A DNA stretch of 62,688 nt, filler included, from Choristocarpus tenellus KU-1152 (taxonomy: Eukaryota; Protista; Phaeophyceae), in NCBI GenBank assembly GCA_964200185.2. It is 10 parts of 10 records of this genome, joined end to end, with 100 filler letters (N's around TTAATTAATTAA, not from the genome) between each part and the next. Parts side by side here need not be neighbours in the genome. Positions count along the whole stretch, not along the records: positions 8,277 to 23,076 come from CAXNAD020001110.1; positions 23,177 to 25,725 come from CAXNAD020026858.1; 8 more parts are not named here. One strand, written 5' to 3'. The notes beneath the pieces were generated by a model. That model was not told where the DNA came from. It made no database searches and worked only from the letters and a program-made list of their open reading frames with translations. This document shows positions 11,601 to 24,423 of this stretch, one piece after another. Made by a program: the position numbers and the translations under genes. The stretch's first letter is position 1. The number at the start of each line of letters is the position of its first letter.

Positions 11601-14600
11601 GATGGATCTAGCCCCTATTACGGTCCAGGTGGTGCCTTTATTCACTGACATGTGCAATGCCAGGCCTGCGGACGGTGTACCCCCTGAAGGCTGGTCTACA
11701 GTCATGAGGAGTCCGTCAAGGGGAAAAAAGAAGCATCACATCTCGGGGACCATGGTGCAAGAAGATGAGAAACTATTGTTGGGGTGCGCCAAGGGTCGCG
11801 TAAGGGCAAGAAAGCAGGGAAGAGTGCAAAGGATGAGAAAGGACAAAGGGCAAAAGCAGGGAAAGGGAGCAGCACTTGGCCAGACTATCAAGCAGGGTCA
11901 GGTCCTAGGGGAGGGAGGGAATTGTGGATGCGGGAAAGGACAAGGGAAACACCTGAATGCTAGAGATGGAGATGGTCCTTGTCAGTGGGAAATCAGAGAT
12001 TGTACCACAGGTCAAAGGCAAAGGGGCAGGATGGTGCAAGGAGGTGGAGTTGGGGACATTAGAGGGATAGGAGGAGCTGAGTCTTCTCGCGTGAGACAGG
12101 CTCCTGCAAAGGGAGACATAGAAAAGGGAGGGACTATACTTCCTGAGGATTGGGGAGGCATTGGGGAGGCCAGAACATCAACATACCGAGCTTTGAAGGA
12201 ATGGAAGGTCGTTAGGGAAGAGTCTGAAGTAGTAACAAAACTTTCATTCCTGCAGTTGCTCAGGACTGTATCTTGAAGTGGATTTGAGCCAAAGTATCCT
12301 AGAGGGTAGAGCTGCGTCCATTTGGGGGCCAAAATCCAATGTTGCGATATTGACGTATTTTTGGCTATGGTGCTTTTTAGGAAGTGTCAATATCCTTGTT
12401 CCTGATACACCTTTTCGTAAAGTACACATTTTACCTACTCCGAAATATTTTGGAGTAGGAAAATGTCATAAAACCCTCGAGGGAAGCCAAGCCCCAAATA
12501 AACAAACAGTGCAGAACTTGTACCCTATAAGACACTTTTACTCTTGGTGATATTTAGAGACCTGAGAGACTACTTTTCAGTGGTCTTTGCTGCTGTATCG
12601 TTTTGCTTCCCATCTCAACAAGCACCACACATGCTCATTCCTCATCGTCGGATATCCTCCATCCTCCTCAGGTGAAGCTCCTGCCAAGGATATTGGGCTG
12701 TATCTGTCCCCACTTCCGACTGGATAACTGTACTTTCCAGATGAAAAGGACCAAGGCCAGCACTATGAGAGTGGTCATGCATCAGGAGATGGGCATAGCC
12801 AGTTCTTACACCATGGAGGTAGCAAATGTAGAGTCGTCTTGGACCGGGGGCAAAACTAGGAAGTCAACTTTGTACATATGATTAGAAGTGGCATGGGCCC
12901 CAAAGTATCTGGGGGAGGGGGAGGGTCTACACCAGAGTGTCCATTTTGACCAAAACCAGGAAAAGTGCACTTTTTATTATCCATCCAACGTATGCAACCA
13001 AATCACCCAAAAATCGCGACATGAGAAAATTGGTCCCAAATGGACAGCCGCCGCCCCTCCAGACACTTTGAGCCATGGAGCTCAGGCGTATGATTTGCCT
13101 TAGTCTGAGTAATTGCCTGGTACAATGAGAAGCGTATGACAGACCTACGGGCAGTTTTCATGTAGGTCTCGAATTAAGAATAGGATGCACAGTTTACTGT
13201 GGGTGAGGATGTTGAGGTTGTGATTGGATCAATATCGATTTTATCCAAGGAATTAAATAGTTAGTCAGTAGCAAGTCACGCTCAGTATTCCAGGAATTTC
13301 CAGCTTTTTGCCAATGAAGAAATTAGCAGTTGGTGAAGTGGTACGACCTTACATCGTTTACAGTGAACAATTTAAGTAAATCGACATACACTATCAACTG
13401 CTTCTTTCTTAGTCATATTGTACTGCCAACCATACCGAAAAAAAATTGTAAACATTTTTAATGTCTGAGATATTGTTGAGTGTGGAGGATCTTGTCACCT
13501 GATAAGCAAGGAAAGGCAAGTGAGAAGGATATGGCAGGAGGTGAGTGATGAAGGTGAACGCTGAAAGCTTTTCAAAACTTAATTTTATTGCAGGATTGGC
13601 ACCGTCTTGAATGAACAATTGATGAAGAAAGGGGTAGAGATGGCTGTAAGCAATGTAAAATATGCATAGGTTGATGTCACTCTCAACTTCTCGACTCAAA
13701 ACATTTTCTCACTTCAATATACCCTTTCGTATTCATTTTGAAATTTACCAATGCTCAGGCCTCTTTCTCGGGAGCCAATCAAACCCATTTCACCATCAAA
13801 GATCTTGAAAGTATGGGAGAAGATTTTGGCCTTGCTCTTCTACATTATGCTGCATGCTTGAACCTGGCACATAAGCCAATAAATGAACTGCTGGAAGTGG
13901 AACCGCCTCTCCCGTCCACCTTGCTTGGAGGTGGGGTAGGGAATGTAGGAGGAGCAAGGCAGTTGACCCCTGAAGACGAGGAGGATGAGGAGAAAGAGGG
14001 GGAGAACGAGAGGGGAAATGGTCAATGCGAAAATGATACTGGGGACAAGCACATGGAAAGTATGTGTGCTCAGGAAGCAGGGCCATGGGGGTGTGAGAGT
14101 GGAGTGGAACATGATTTGCATGGGGAAGAGGAGAAAGTGGAGGGGGTGGTCGGAGTAGATGAGCAGGAGCTGCAACGAGCAGCAGAGGAGAGATGTGTGG
14201 ATAAGGAGCTCGTGTTGGAGAACAAAGGTAGCAAGGAACTGGAGCGAGACTGGGGTGGGAAGAAGGGAGGGAAAGGTCATGGACAAGGGCTCGAAACTGT
14301 TGCAAAGGTGCATGAGGGGGGAAGGGCTGGGGAGGGGATGCCAGGATCTGTAGGGAAGCACAGCCTGGGGCCAGTATCAGATCATGGGAGGAGTAATGAT
14401 GACACATGCCTTCAAGTTCCCCCCAAAACACCACAAATTTATAGGCCCTGCTCTCTTTCCACCTCGGTTGTTCATGGGGGAGGTGAATGGAAGGATGGTG
14501 GGACTGAGCAACAATTGGTGATCTCAGGGGTTCAGGTGCAGCGGTATCTGCAGTCACAGCCACCACCCTCACACCCACCTGGATCTGGAGTTCCTGGGCT

Positions 14601-14736
14601 GCTCCCACGCCCAATCAGTTCATTGCAGACACCAGAAGGAGGGAGACAACAAGTTCGCGATGCTATGAAGAGGAGGCTGTGGTCAAGGGGAATGCCCCCC
14701 TGGGTTGGGTTTCCTGGTGTGGAAGAGCAAGACTGA
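8659..14736 (+). CDS. Cytosolic carboxypeptidase (M14 CCP/Nna1/AGBL family), 5' part missing; exons 8659-8910, 9577-9770, 11484-12207, 12672-12818, 13759-14736
   Basis: Zinc ligands SRVHPGESN and [36 protein letters not shown], FMYGC and catalytic YTMEASF; all junctions GT-AG and in phase. Confidence 0.93.
12286..12543 (-). mobile_element. MITE family A, complete, intronic
   Basis: GAGCCAAAGTATCCTAGAGGGTA ... TACCCTATAAGACACTTTTACTC; no clean TSD. Confidence 0.88.
12897..13074 (-). mobile_element. MITE family B (178 bp), complete, intronic
   Basis: GCCCCAAAGTATCTGGGG ... CCAGACACTTTGAGCC; ATGG on both flanks. Confidence 0.9.
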
Positions 14737-15915
14737 GATGGTAGTGAGTCGATGGTCTTATCCTTACTCTTTGAGCCGTCAGTCAATGTGTGTTAAAAAG
14801 GTTGCTGGACTACGGAGCTCATTGTGACTGATTAGCAGGCACTCTTACTTCCAGTGAAATATTCAGAATTAATTTTCTGTCAACTTCCACGCTCATCTCT
14901 AGTTGCCCTGACCATTGCCATTCTCTTGCTCCCTTCGCCCTGACATATCACCCCTCCTAGCCTTCCCAGTTGTTGCGCTTAATAATCACTAATCCTCCCC
15001 CAAACCATGCACAGGAGATGCATGCAGGCCCTCTCCTCTAGACTGAGGATCCTGACAATTTAGACTACACTATAGAGAGGATCACCAACTCTGATGAAAT
15101 CGCACAAACACACACGGAGGGGCAGGTGCATGGGAAGGATAGGGGATGTAGGAAAGGCAGGGAAGGGTTTGAGGCAGGTCCTCACACTCAGTGAGGTGAG
15201 GTAGGGGCAGGAGAAAGGGTAGGATGAGAAGCTGATATCAGGTAGTACATTGAAGTGGTGTGTAGGCATTGCGGTCATACTTGGGCCTTGATCGTGTCCA
15301 GTATGCCTTGGAGCTGATTATTTTACTTGTTGTATCATAGGAATTGGTGGAGTGGGAGGTGGAACTTGAATATTCATCTGAACAGGCCAGAAGAGGCTTT
15401 GGATCTACAAACGAGAGAGGGAAAAAAAACACTATATGAGTACTGTTGCGATATCAGTTGCAGAGTAGCTGATCAAAGGAAAATCGCAAACCTTGATCAA
15501 CCCTACAGTGTGGACATGACAACTGCGGTGCCACTCTGCTCTTGGCCCTCTCTTCCTTCAGGTTGGGGAGGTAAAAACGTAGAGAATGTAGAATGTTTTC
15601 TCCTGCCTCATATTTTATTCTCAGTCTAGAAGGTCTTGTGATTCTGCTACCATTGTTACATCCTGGGCAAGAAAGTAGAGGAGACTAATGCCAGTCTTCC
15701 ATTTATATGCTTGAAAGGCAATCTCATGGAGGCCACATCAAATAGAGAAACTTATCCCCACAAGCAACCATCTCCAATAAAAGATTCTCATGCTGCAGTT
15801 GACCGCATGGTTCTCGCCATGTGTTTTTTATCGGAAAGGACAAATTGCTGTAGTCATCACCAATACTCCTCCTCCTCCATAATGTTAAGTAGAAGCCATG
15901 TCCAAGCTCTAATGC

Positions 15916-17445
15916 CTACAGGCCAGCAGGCCAGCCCATTTCTATCATACATAAACTGGTTGAGCCGATTGTCAACTCCTTGAGCCCTGGTGGCCACCCC
16001 ACAGTTAATGCTTTCTGCTTAAATCCTTGTCCAAATGACACATACAGGAGACCCACAGGCCACACTACTCTGTCCAGTGGTTGGTTAAATGCAGCCCCGA
16101 AGGTAAGGCTCTCCATCCTCGATGGCCACACCATCCCATTTAAGCTTTGGTTAAAGCGATCACCAAACGTAAGTTGCACCAGCCCTGGCGGCCAGGAGAT
16201 TCCATGCACCTCTTGGTTGAAGCAGTGTCCAAATTTGATCTCCTTTAGACCTGAGGGCCATTCCACCCTCTTTATGGTCTGGTTGAAGACGTACCCAAAT
16301 GTCAGCTGCTTCAGGTGGGCCGGCCACTTTGTTTTATGCACTGGCTGATTGAACTGAAATCCAAACGCCAGCACCTCCATCCCTGGCGGCCATACCACCT
16401 CATGTATGGGTTGGTTAAAGCAAGGCCCAAACGTCATCTGTGTCAGCCCTAACGGCCAAGTCATCCCTTCCAAGGTCTGGTTGAAATCATCTCCGAAATG
16501 TAGTCTCTCAAGTGTCTCTGGCCATATGACATTATCCACGGCTTGGTTGAAGCCGTCCCCGAAAGCAAGGCGCTTCAACCTAACAGGCCACTCCACATCT
16601 GCTAATGCCTGATCGAAAAAGTTTCCAAGTTGGAGTTCCTCCAGTTGTGGGGGCCACTGAGCTCCAACAATGGTCTTGTTGAAATCATGACCAAGCACCA
16701 GTCGCTTCAGGCCTTCTGGCCACACCACCTTGCACACCGATTTGTTAAACATGTATTTAAAGGCAAGGTCGACAAGTCCAGCCGGCCACATCACATCCTC
16801 CAATCCTTGGTTAAAGCACTCCCCAAAGGCCAGCCTCTTCAGTCCTGCAGGCCACACCACCTCATCTATTGGCTGGTCGAAGCGAAACCCGAAATCAAGC
16901 TGCTCAAGCTCCGTCGGCCACACCATCGTACGAACCGGCTGGTTGAAGCTATACCCAAACGTCAACTGCCGTAGTCCTGTTGGCCAAGTCAGTTCGGTCA
17001 CAGGCTGATTGAAATGGTCACCCAGCTCCACCTCCACTAGACCTGCTGGCCATACCACGCGGTCCAGCGTCGAGCCGAATAAAGATCCAAACACCACCTC
17101 CCTAAGTTCTGATGGAAGGACTATACGGTCGACCCCTCCCTTGAAGGGGGCATCGATTGCCATGCTTATCACCAATGGCCTTGCCACTCGTGCGGACTCT
17201 ACCTCGATCATCGACTTTGTATCCTCCTGTGAATTGACCGACCAAAGGTGGAGGGGGGTATCTTCCAATACTTGGACATACATTGGCAATGTCTCTCGGC
17301 ACAAATTGCACATTTTTATCGAGCCGAGCTGGAGTTGCCTTAACTCCCGCAGTGAAAAGCATCCTATCTGTAGGGCAAACCTCAGAGCTGTCAAATCAAG
17401 TTGGCCCACGCATTTGGTTGTGTTCCATTCGGACAGATCTTTCAT
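15916..17445 (-). CDS. FNIP-repeat protein (509 aa, ~18 22-aa repeats), no introns within the ORF
   Basis: Repeating FNQPxxxxxWPxGLxxLxFGxx units through the C-terminal ~400 aa. Confidence 0.93.
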   Translation of the reverse strand: MKDLSEWNTTKCVGQLDLTALRFALQIGCFSLRELRQLQLGSIKMCNLCRETLPMYVQVLEDTPLHLWSVNSQEDTKSMIEVESARVARPLVISMAIDAPFKGGVDRIVLPSELREVVFGSLFGSTLDRVVWPAGLVEVELGDHFNQPVTELTWPTGLRQLTFGYSFNQPVRTMVWPTELEQLDFGFRFDQPIDEVVWPAGLKRLAFGECFNQGLEDVMWPAGLVDLAFKYMFNKSVCKVVWPEGLKRLVLGHDFNKTIVGAQWPPQLEELQLGNFFDQALADVEWPVRLKRLAFGDGFNQAVDNVIWPETLERLHFGDDFNQTLEGMTWPLGLTQMTFGPCFNQPIHEVVWPPGMEVLAFGFQFNQPVHKTKWPAHLKQLTFGYVFNQTIKRVEWPSGLKEIKFGHCFNQEVHGISWPPGLVQLTFGDRFNQSLNGMVWPSRMESLTFGAAFNQPLDRVVWPVGLLYVSFGQGFKQKALTVGWPPGLKELTIGSTSLCMIEMGWPAGL

Positions 17446-18227
17446 CTTGTCTATGGGGCAGATAGAACCTACCCCTTCGGTATTAAAATGCCAAGTTAGG
17501 GGTGTTGGACCTCTGGAGAAAATCGTTGTCTATGGTTCCTTGTTAATTGTTCATGGTGTGATGATGTAAATTTTGGATAAAGGGTTAGGGAGTCAAATTC
17601 TCCCTAATATTGTGAAACCGTTTTGAGTGGGAAGGAGAATTGTTTCGGAGGATTACAGGATTACACGGATTTTGGTGGCATGCTGAAGTTTCGGTGAAGA
17701 GTAGGGGAGTATGCTTTATTGGGGTGGGCTCATGATGCTCTTCTTCGTGCTCCGTGTGGTATTGTTGTTGACTGGTAGTACAGTTGTGGTTGGCATGCAT
17801 GGAGCTAGACCGTGGACCGACAAACCATGGTGCGAATCGATTGTCGATCCAGAGTGGCCGTTGGCGTACAGCAAATATAGTGGGCAACAGGTGGGAAGAT
17901 CTGTCACGTCTTCTCCTGCAACCCATCCATAGTTTTGAGCGTTGTAGATCATACACGATCGCAATGTGGTCGATCGAGGCAGGGGAACCGTGACGCGAGG
18001 ATTGTCATGGAACTCACATCAACAAACATGCACCAGCATAGCGCATCGCAACCCACATGTACTAAGAACTACTTCGTAAACAATACTTGACTGGTTATCC
18101 GAACTCATACCCACGAAATCGCACGAGGGATCTCATGTAGGAGAAAGGATTGGGCCTTTTAGTTCTGGGCAGTATTGTTATCTTTGAAGGTCTCAAAGGA
18201 GTCGTGGACCAGTCTTGGTGATCATGA

Positions 18228-18403
18228 AACCCAATGTATCTGGGGGGGGAGGGAGTCTACACCAGGGTGCCTATTTGGACCATATCCAAGAAAAGTACAC
18301 TTACATTATCCATCCGATGTATGCAACTAAATCACCAAAATTCGCGACATGAAAAAATTGGCTCCAAATAGACAGCCGCCACCCTCGTCTGATACTTTGA
18401 GTC
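18228..18403 (-). mobile_element. MITE family B, complete
   Basis: AACCCAATGTATCTGGGG ... GATACTTTGAGTC; ATGA on both flanks. Confidence 0.88.
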
Positions 18404-20733
18404 ATGAAAGTGGTGAAGAGTGCTACGTTGCGGACACCCTTCCTCCTACAGAACTCATGCTAAAGCAAGCCTGTTAATTACACCCGTATTCTGGACTTGT
18501 CCCTCCCACTCACTCCCTGTGAACATCTATCCCTATTATGTTGGACTTGTCTATATATTGCCAATTGGAGTGAACTCTCCTGTTCACACACCGCTTTGAG
18601 ATATTGTTCCAACATCAAACAATCCAGGCCTACAGTCCCCTAACCAGGAATAAGTGGTTATAATGCACCTCTAGCCAATGAATCAGCAACAATTCTTAGA
18701 AGATGTCCAATACTATTTCAAAATGTTGACTTCTTGGTGACCTTGTCACAAGCCCTGTTGAACAAAAACACACACACACTCTCTCTCTCTCTCTCACACA
18801 CACACATAAATGTGCCCAATGGTTGCTACCTCTCTGTTACTCAATGACTCCTTAGTCAAGTATGGTTGCGACATTTTAGAGTCCATTCAATCCATGAAAG
18901 CTACGATCCCCGTACTTCAATTCACTATCACAAGCACAAAAAAATAACAGGTGGAATCAAAAGGCAGAACAAACTCAAATACTCAAGATGAGAGGCACAG
19001 TTGCGACAGACGAGGAGTGCGTAGCAAATGTCACATATGCGAAGAAATTGCTTGTGGATCGGAGCTTAGCTCCAAGTGCAACTACCAGCTCCAGGGGGTG
19101 AGACCTCTCCCTACACTCAGCTAAACTCCTTCCGTGGTCAGAGTGTGTTGAAGTTGCGCTTTGTGCATCAGGTTGGATACGCAATCTCAGAAAAAAAAAT
19201 TGGGATCAAACGTGGGCAAGCATTTCCTGTTTGGGCAGCTGTTCCGCCATTTGGGATCAAGAATGGGGTATATACTGAGTTAAAGTAAACGAGACGTACT
19301 CAGAGTTGCATTTTAAGGATGTGGGCAAATATATCCAAAACCTGATTTTTTTTTCAAATGCGTACAGGATATTTTCCAAACAGTGTCGAAAAGTTTCAAA
19401 AATAGAGAAATCAACCCTCTCAAGCCCAAGTTAGCATTTCATCCATAGAGATATAGGTGAATTGCAAAAGATTGAAAAACTGGCTTACAATGCAATAAGG
19501 CCGAAAACTGGTTACCTCTCGTTTACTTAGGCTCACTTTCCTAGTTAGGGAGCTGCTCCCTGACCTACTGTTAACCCTCTATATGCTCTGCCAAAGACTC
19601 CTGCAGATTATGTAGAGAAACTGGGGTTGTGTCTTAGAGTTGGGACACCCATTGTCCCATAGAGCCTGAACAGGCCAACGCACACTTTGTCAGGGTTGGG
19701 GAAGGAGTTGGATTTATCTCCATGTGAAGAAGCTGTAGAGTCTCCGATCCCAACTACCTACTGGCTACGGCTTCTGTCTACGTTCTGTAGCAATTTCTTC
19801 CCTGCATGTGTACGCTCGCTTCTGCATGTGATTGTGCTCACAATGATAGCACACACCTACCCTTTGAAAAAGCAGTGAGTGGGGTCTATTTGACCGACTT
19901 CAATCTTCCCCCTCCCCAGTCCCCAACTTTCCCCTTGCCCCTTTCCTATCCACCGTGCCACCAATTAGGTCAATGCCTCCCTCCTTGCCACAAATGTCCC
20001 CACTGTGAGCGACACCCCTTGGGCAGTTGGAGGTGCACATCGTAACGACTTTGGCAACTCATCCACATCCCGTGTGTGTGTTATACTTACTGGGGGGCAC
20101 TGCATCAGGCCTTTCGGTGAGACCGTAAGAAAATACTCCTCTTTATATATTGATGGCTTCAACAATGCTCATGATGAAAATGTGCTCTAACATGCCCAAA
20201 ATGTTGACCAACGATAGCATTTCCTCTGCAAAAGTACTGCTGGCGTGGGAGTGTATGCCCTTTTGAGCAACCCCAATAAGCAGCAAGCGTGTGCAGGCAT
20301 CATTTCCTGCCCCAAAGAATCCACTCTGGATTTCTTGCATTTACTAATTGGTTGAATGACTGATTTATGCATTTTAGTAATACGCTCTGTGTGGTGACAC
20401 TCGAAAATATTGTGCAGACACTAGTCATGGAGGAAGCAACATACAACATGCTCAGACCCGTGATCAATGAGACACTACAAGAATGAGACCAAAAAATGGA
20501 CATACTATGTGTGGAGTATCTTGCAAAAAAGCATAAATTAATTCAGAAGTGCAACAGAGAATGCAGACGAGATGCAGAACTGTAAAGACTGCACAGGCAT
20601 AGTGATAAAGACGTATAAACCACAGAGAGTTGCACCATGTTTATTCAAGACCTTTGGCTTTTCTCTTTCAAGTAGGTTGGCAGAAATAGGAGTGCGCGAT
20701 TCAAAGTCTTTCAAGTAGGTTGAACTATGCAAT

Positions 20734-20908
20734 GGCTCAAAGTATCTCGGGGGGGGTGGCGGCTATCCATTTGGGGCCATTTTTCCTTGTCGCGATTTTT
20801 GAGTGATTTGGTTGCATGCGTTGGATGGATAACGTAAGTGCACTTTTCCTGGTCAGGGCCCAAATGGACACCATAGTGTAGACCCCCCCCCCCCAGATAC
20901 TTTGAGTG
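20734..20908 (+). mobile_element. MITE family B, complete
   Basis: GGCTCAAAGTATCTCGGGG ... CCCCAGATACTTTGAGTG; TSD not evident. Confidence 0.88.
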
Positions 20909-21102
20909 AAAACGTTGCATAAAAGATCCGAAAACCCTTGAAACCTCGTTTGTTCATCAAGCAATGAGGATTTTTTTGTTGTTGCCTTTGGTGCTTTTGT
21001 AGCGTTTCAAACAGTGCCATACTTCCAATTTCAGATCACACTCTCCGGTTCTCTAGACCTACTCAAAAGAGGATTGATCGCCTCGAAAGAGGAGCACCAA
21101 AT

Positions 21103-21105
<3 letters not shown>

Positions 21106-21171
<66 letters not shown>
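21106..21171. repeat. (GT)n microsatellite; others at ~8570-8645, 18768-18806, 31016-31033, 31670-31715, 43813-43850, 56480-56522
   Basis: Directly visible dinucleotide tracts. Confidence 0.95.
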
Positions 21172-21175
<4 letters not shown>

Positions 21176-23289
21176 ACACTTCACTGCTACCGATGCTTAT
21201 TAAACCTTCTCTTCTTCTTCTTCTTGCTCTGCAAGGTAATGACTTCTCAAACTGCACAGTGCGGTGTTGGGGAGACGGTTTTAGTGGTGCACGGAACTCA
21301 CCGGTCAAGCACCTCAAGTCTTCCAGGTTCGAAAAATTCTGCATGCCTTTGCCAAACTGGACTCCACATTTGGGGAGAGTTCGTCTTCGCCTTGGACCGA
21401 CTATCATTGAAGTTCCATATTTGAGCAGATCTGACATTGGATGGGATAACACCTTCCCTTCTGAGCCGTAGATGGTTCAGAACCAGGAAGAAAGGCAGCA
21501 TGTATTGTTGCAGTAGATTCGGTCGAATTGCTTGTGTTCAAGAGCTTCCAAGCAAGGGGTTCAAGCAAGGGGTTCGCTATTCAGGGCATAAAATAGTAGG
21601 AGGGATTATTTGCATATATTTTCCAAGGGCGGCGATTAAAAAGTGACAATGAGACAAACTAACCAGCAATATCTACTGAAAACTGCAGCAGTTAATGCTA
21701 GGGGTCAGTGTCCACGATTGTGAGGTTTGTATGTCATGATTCTTCACCCTCTAATCGACCCTCCCCTCTATGGTGATACGATACCACCCCCACTGGTGCC
21801 TAGCAGTTACAGACAAGGTAAAGACAACGATCAGCATGCAGATGGGGACTTATGGGACTACAAAGCCACTGATGTATGGGAGTATCCAAAGGTTAGGAAT
21901 GCACGACCTCTCTTGGGGATTTGTACTCTGGAGTACAATGCAATCGCCTTAGGTTGAAAGATGTGAAAGGTTGATTGATTGTGGAACAGACGATACCTGA
22001 AGGAGAGCAAGGAATCTCTGGATGCATTACATTGAACTGAGACTTGTCCAGCACGCCCTAGGTCAAAGCCATACGACTTATGCATCAACATATACTGGTT
22101 CTGGTTCAGTTGCAAGTACTGCTTGTAGAAGCAGGTTAGTGGTATCGGAAGAATGGTCCCAATAGGATCAATTCTCCTCTGCAGAGAAAAAACATCCTCC
22201 TCAAGACCTCTCGCAACAGAGAGGGAGTGGAGCATCAGGCAAAGAGAAAACACTCTATGATATGATGTTGTGTCACTGATCACTGATAGAGATATGCTAC
22301 TACATTTTGCGCATCATGAAAGATATATTAGAGGGTAGACCAACTTGTCCTCGGGATTGGAGCTTCCTTTGTGACTGCTGAGTAACAGGCAGTCTGTTTT
22401 TCCAATCCCAATTTTGAGAAACCCTAGACACAACAACAAGTTGATCTACTTCAATAGGGTCACCTTTTTGGTCCTTCCAACCTTGATTTTCTACTGCCAA
22501 ATTGTATTAAATGGGGTTTGGTAGAAAGGCTGGACGAAATCCCTGCCAAAAAATTCGTTCCTGGACCCTCATTGATCACTAGGTGCAGGCTTAGAGAACC
22601 TTAATCCTGGCGTTCTATTAATACACTGCATTTGCTAAGCAACAAATGCAGTCCATGGATTACATTTCCGATCCTTTCATGCACATCTTCGCCATCCCTG
22701 CAATCACTTGAAAGATTTCACAACATTCTGACGCAACCCCCCCGGTAATTCACCGTCCACCAGTGTTGCAAGTAGAAGGCATCCGTCAATCACCTTGTTG
22801 CCTTTCCCAACACCCTTGAGCCAATGTGAACTTGAGGCATCCAGGTTGTGGCCGTTTTGCACATTAAGTTTTTTTTTTTTTTTTTTTTTTTTTTTTCAGT
22901 TCGCCCATGTTCCTGTAGTTGAAGTCCTAAGTTTGACTTGAGAGCATTATTTCTCCGTTGTTCGAAACTTTCCCGACACAATTAAGAAAATATGCTATTT
23001 ACACTCTATACATATGTGCGGTATACACATTTGAAAAACAAACAAACGAATTTTGACCCAAAGTATCTGGGAGGGGNNNNNNNNNNNNNNNNNNNNNNNN
23101 NNNNNNNNNNNNNNNNNNNNTTAATTAATTAANNNNNNNNNNNNNNNNNNNNNNNNNNNNNNNNNNNNNNNNNNNNCCCCCCTCCCAGATACTTTGGGTC
23201 AATTCAAGGTCACAGAGGGAACGAGGACCATAGGAAACTGTGTAGTGTACAACATAAGGAAATTTAGAGTTTATATCCATTGACACTGC

Positions 23290-24423
23290 ACATGGGAGGG
23301 AAATTGATGGAGAGCAGTTCCCAGCAAAGTCACTTGTTGTCAGAGTTGTAATACCCTCACTGCTGCATGGTAGAGTGACAAGGACCACAGCAATGATAGA
23401 GAGGATATTCTTTTTATTTAAGGTGGACCCTTGTGAGCTAGAGTCCCTTTTCTTTTACACTTGCATATAGACTGAATTGGTTGTATTCCAAAATACCTCC
23501 CAACAATTGTCCAGACCGGCGCAATCTCGTTTTTGATGGAAAGGAATCAATGCAGATCAGTTCCACAGATGGAGAAGTTGTTCACCAATCAACTCTCAGA
23601 AATTTCGTCAACAACAAATGTCACAATCCACAACTTCTCTATCTTGTTGTGTCATGTTCGAAGAGTTGGTTGAACTGGTTGATGAAACACGTCACCATAA
23701 GAAGGGTTAACCACACGGGGCGTAGATTGAGGGGAGGAATTGCGGCTCTTTAAGAGTAATCCAACAGACCCCCATCTTCGACACCTTTCCCGTGGGGCAT
23801 ACCTTTGCAAGGATCCGAGTGGCATGGTTCCAGTGCAGCAGATGGTAGACACAACTTGGCGTCTCAACGTCTAGGGTCAAAAAGATACGGCAGAGTGGAG
23901 AAGCAAAGAAATGAAAGAATAATGGAGAAAGGAAATACTTAATAATACACTCGAAAATGATATGAAATGCCACCTAGCAGTAACAAGAGGGAGTCAAGAG
24001 AGAGAGGTTAAGTCACTAGTATCTAGCAGAACAAAACCCTTCCACACCTCCAGATGTAATTTATATTTACACAAGTGTTCAAGATGGGCATGATGGACTA
24101 TTGGCAATGCATGGCAATGTAAAGAACGGCCCATGCTCGGAAGACCAGGGGATCAGCTGGAAGCTGCCCCAAACCAAACCAATGTGCATACTGCTTGAAG
24201 ACGAACAATCAATGGCGGAAGTGCCGATCATATTTGGATGGAGAGCCACCCTGGTGTGAGCTGGGGGATAGAGCGGCGGATGTTGACTTCACTTCAATTA
24301 TTGCTTTTCACAGATACTTTCACAGCAATACTGCCATATCCAGCCATCGTCCTAGTAGGGAGGATGCCGCCACAGAGAAAATTAGCACCGCTTTGCAGTA
24401 TCTTCATTCCAGCCTTAACTGAC
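23290..24423 (-). CDS. Possible exons of an unidentified gene
   Basis: Three AG/GT-bounded segments can be joined in phase (SVKAGMKILQSGANFLCGGILPTRTMAGYGSIAVK / TLRRQVVSTICCTGTMPLGSLQ / SEGITTLTTSDFAGNC); no family recognised. Confidence 0.2.

Noticed and set aside
13796-17569. Long antisense ORFs over the CCP last exon and the FNIP gene
   Set aside because: Shadows of biased or repetitive coding sequence on the opposite strand.
19950-22900. Possible decayed transposon or LINE coding remnants
   Set aside because: Stops in all frames and only vague motif hints; cannot be supported without a search.
23055-23200. Inverted MITE termini flanking a linker, as if one element spanned the gap
   Set aside because: Both are the same GACCC-type end and the flanks (TTTT/AATT) form no TSD, so contiguity is unsupported.
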